From: Candidatus Cryosericum sp. | Lineage (GTDB): Bacteria > Caldisericota > Caldisericia > Cryosericales > Cryosericaceae | DNA: 15,688 nt | NCBI GenBank assembly: GCA_049699855.1 | Contig: JBNAWM010000026.1 | Span: 1-15,688 of the forward strand | Direction of reading: 5' to 3' | Notes under the pieces: model-generated | Told to the model about the DNA's origin: nothing | Databases searched by the model: none | Seen by the model: the letters and a program-made list of their open reading frames with translations, nothing else | In this document: one piece after another, positions 14,107 to 15,688 of the stretch | Numbering within the stretch: the stretch's first letter is position 1 | Layout of the letters: the number at the start of each line of letters is the position of its first letter | Translations under genes and position numbers: made by a program

Positions 14107-15606
14107 CTACTGCTTGATCCAGCCAAAGGTGCGCTTGACGGCCTCAAGCCAGCCATCATACAGTGCAGCGCGCTTGGCACTGTCCATCTTGGGCTCCCAC
14201 GTCTTGTCCACGCCCCAGTTGGCGCGCAGATCTTCGACCTTGGCCCAGAATCCGACTGCGAGGCCGGCTGCATAGGCAGCTCCCAGTGCTGTTGTCTCGG
14301 CAACTTTTGGACGAATGACCGGGACGCCAAGAATGTCAGACTGGAACTGCATCAGTGTATCATCAAAGACCATGCCGCCGTCCACCTTGAGTGCGGTGAG
14401 CGGAACGCCGGAATCCTTGTTCATGGCTTCCAGGACTTCGCGGGTCTGGTAGGCAGTCGCTTCAAGTGCTGCGCGGGCAATGTGACCCTTGTTGACGTAC
14501 CGGGTCATGCCAACGATAACACCGCGGGCGTCGCTCTTCCAATACGGAGCGAAGAGGCCGGAGAATGCAGGAACGAAGTAGATGCCACCGTTGTCCTCGA
14601 CCGTGTTGGCAAGGGCTTCGATGTCAGAAGACTTCTGGATCAGGCCAAGGTTGTCGCGCAGCCACTGAACAAGGGCGCCGGTGATGGCGATGGACCCCTC
14701 GAGAGCATACACGGCCGGCTCTTTGCCGATCTTGTAGCCAAGCGTCGTCAGAAGACCATTCTTGGACTGAACAGGCTTGGTGCCGGTGTTGAGCAGCATG
14801 AAGCAGCCGGTGCCATAGGTGTTCTTGGCTTCGCCTGCGCTGAAGCAGGTCTGGCCAAAGAGTGCTGCCTGCTGATCACCAAGGTCGCCCGCGACCGGAA
14901 CGCCGGCAAGTGAGCCAACGCCCATGCCATACACTTCGGAGGAAGCCTTGATGTCGGGAAGCATGGAGCGCGGAATGCCAAGCACTTTCAACTGCTCTTC
15001 ATCCCAGTCCAGGGTCTCGAGGTTCATGAGCATCGTGCGGCTGGCGTTCGTGACATCGGTGACGTGGACACCACCGTTGACACCACCCGTCAGGTTCCAG
15101 ATGACCCAGCAATCCATGTTGCCAAAATACAGCTCGCCCTTCTCCGCTTTTTCCCGGGCGCCGGGAACATTGTCGAGCACCCATTTGATCTTGGGGCCGG
15201 AGAAATAGGTCGCCAGAGGAAGTCCAACCTTGGCGCGGAAGCGATCAGGTCCGCCGTCCTTCGCCAGCTCGTTGCAGATAAGGTCGGTACGCGTATCCTG
15301 CCAGACAATGGCATTGTAGACCGGCTTGCCTGTATTCTTGTCCCAGATGACCGTCGTTTCACGCTGGTTGGTCACACCGACTGCCGCCAGATCGGCAGCA
15401 GCAACACCGGACTTGGCCAGTGCGCCAGCGATAACTGCCTGCGTGGAAGCCCAGACTTCCATCGGGTCATGCTCGACCCAGCCGGGCTTGGGGTAGATCT
15501 GCTCGTGTTCCTTCTGGTCGATACCGATGACCTGTCCAGCATGGTCAAAGATCATGAACCGAGTGCTGGTCGTGCCCTGATCTACTGCTCCTACGTACTT
15601 TGCCAT
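14107..15606 (-). CDS. glpK: Glycerol kinase
   Basis: [103 protein letters not shown]. Confidence 0.98.
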   Translation of the reverse strand: MAKYVGAVDQGTTSTRFMIFDHAGQVIGIDQKEHEQIYPKPGWVEHDPMEVWASTQAVIAGALAKSGVAAADLAAVGVTNQRETTVIWDKNTGKPVYNAIVWQDTRTDLICNELAKDGGPDRFRAKVGLPLATYFSGPKIKWVLDNVPGAREKAEKGELYFGNMDCWVIWNLTGGVNGGVHVTDVTNASRTMLMNLETLDWDEEQLKVLGIPRSMLPDIKASSEVYGMGVGSLAGVPVAGDLGDQQAALFGQTCFSAGEAKNTYGTGCFMLLNTGTKPVQSKNGLLTTLGYKIGKEPAVYALEGSIAITGALVQWLRDNLGLIQKSSDIEALANTVEDNGGIYFVPAFSGLFAPYWKSDARGVIVGMTRYVNKGHIARAALEATAYQTREVLEAMNKDSGVPLTALKVDGGMVFDDTLMQFQSDILGVPVIRPKVAETTALGAAYAAGLAVGFWAKVEDLRANWGVDKTWEPKMDSAKRAALYDGWLEAVKRTFGWIKQ

Positions 15607-15632
15607 AATAGATTCTCCTTTGTCAGATAGAA

Positions 15633-15688
15633 TTACTTCTTCTCGGGGAGATTTGGAGTGATGAACCAGTCATACGTGAGAACGCCCA
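15633..15688 (-). CDS. glpF: 3' end of a probable MIP-family glycerol uptake facilitator; truncated by the window edge
   Basis: Minus frame reads [21 protein letters not shown] (TAA at 15635-15633), matching the G-x3-Y end of the last MIP helix, 26 nt before glpK. Only 17 residues are visible, so the call leans on context. Confidence 0.6.
   Translation of the reverse strand, partial: GVLTYDWFITPNLPEKK

Noticed and set aside
1..15688. CRISPR array, tRNA, rRNA, integrase or transposase
   Set aside because: By eye there are no regularly spaced short repeats, cloverleaf or T-loop motifs, or recombinase and transposase motifs, and intergenic gaps are short.

Overview
A GC-rich bacterial chromosomal window of about 13 coding sequences (two cut by the window edges), with no recognisable transposase, tRNA, rRNA or CRISPR array. 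Left to right: (1) the tail of a receiver-domain protein, coupled by an ATGA overlap to a membrane-bound hybrid histidine kinase; (2) on the minus strand, csaA followed by a large uncharacterised HerA/FtsK-superfamily ATPase with a coiled-coil tail; (3) divergent from these, a 5'-nucleotidase-family metallophosphoesterase with no signal peptide and two tandem BMP/PnrA-family nucleoside-binding proteins; (4) a structured 270-bp intergenic region containing a candidate small RNA; (5) a minus-strand glycerol cluster: glpF (partial), glpK, a GlpA/LhgO-like FAD enzyme with a BFD-like [2Fe-2S] domain, a pyridine nucleotide-disulfide oxidoreductase, a DUF1667 protein and a small two-helix membrane protein. 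Three observations stand out. The two BMP binding domains align without gaps at about 89% identity (hand count), but one is a lipoprotein and the other is fused to a copper-amine-oxidase-like N-terminal domain, and they differ by about 10 net charges. A roughly 80-nt candidate sRNA has its own TATAAT box, a 5' hairpin, a 23-nt all-pyrimidine tract and a terminator. The fourth Fe-S cysteine of the GlpA-like enzyme is replaced by Asp. The gene content is suggestive of an anaerobe such as Caldisericota, but that is unverified inference. All family calls come from motif recognition, not database searches.
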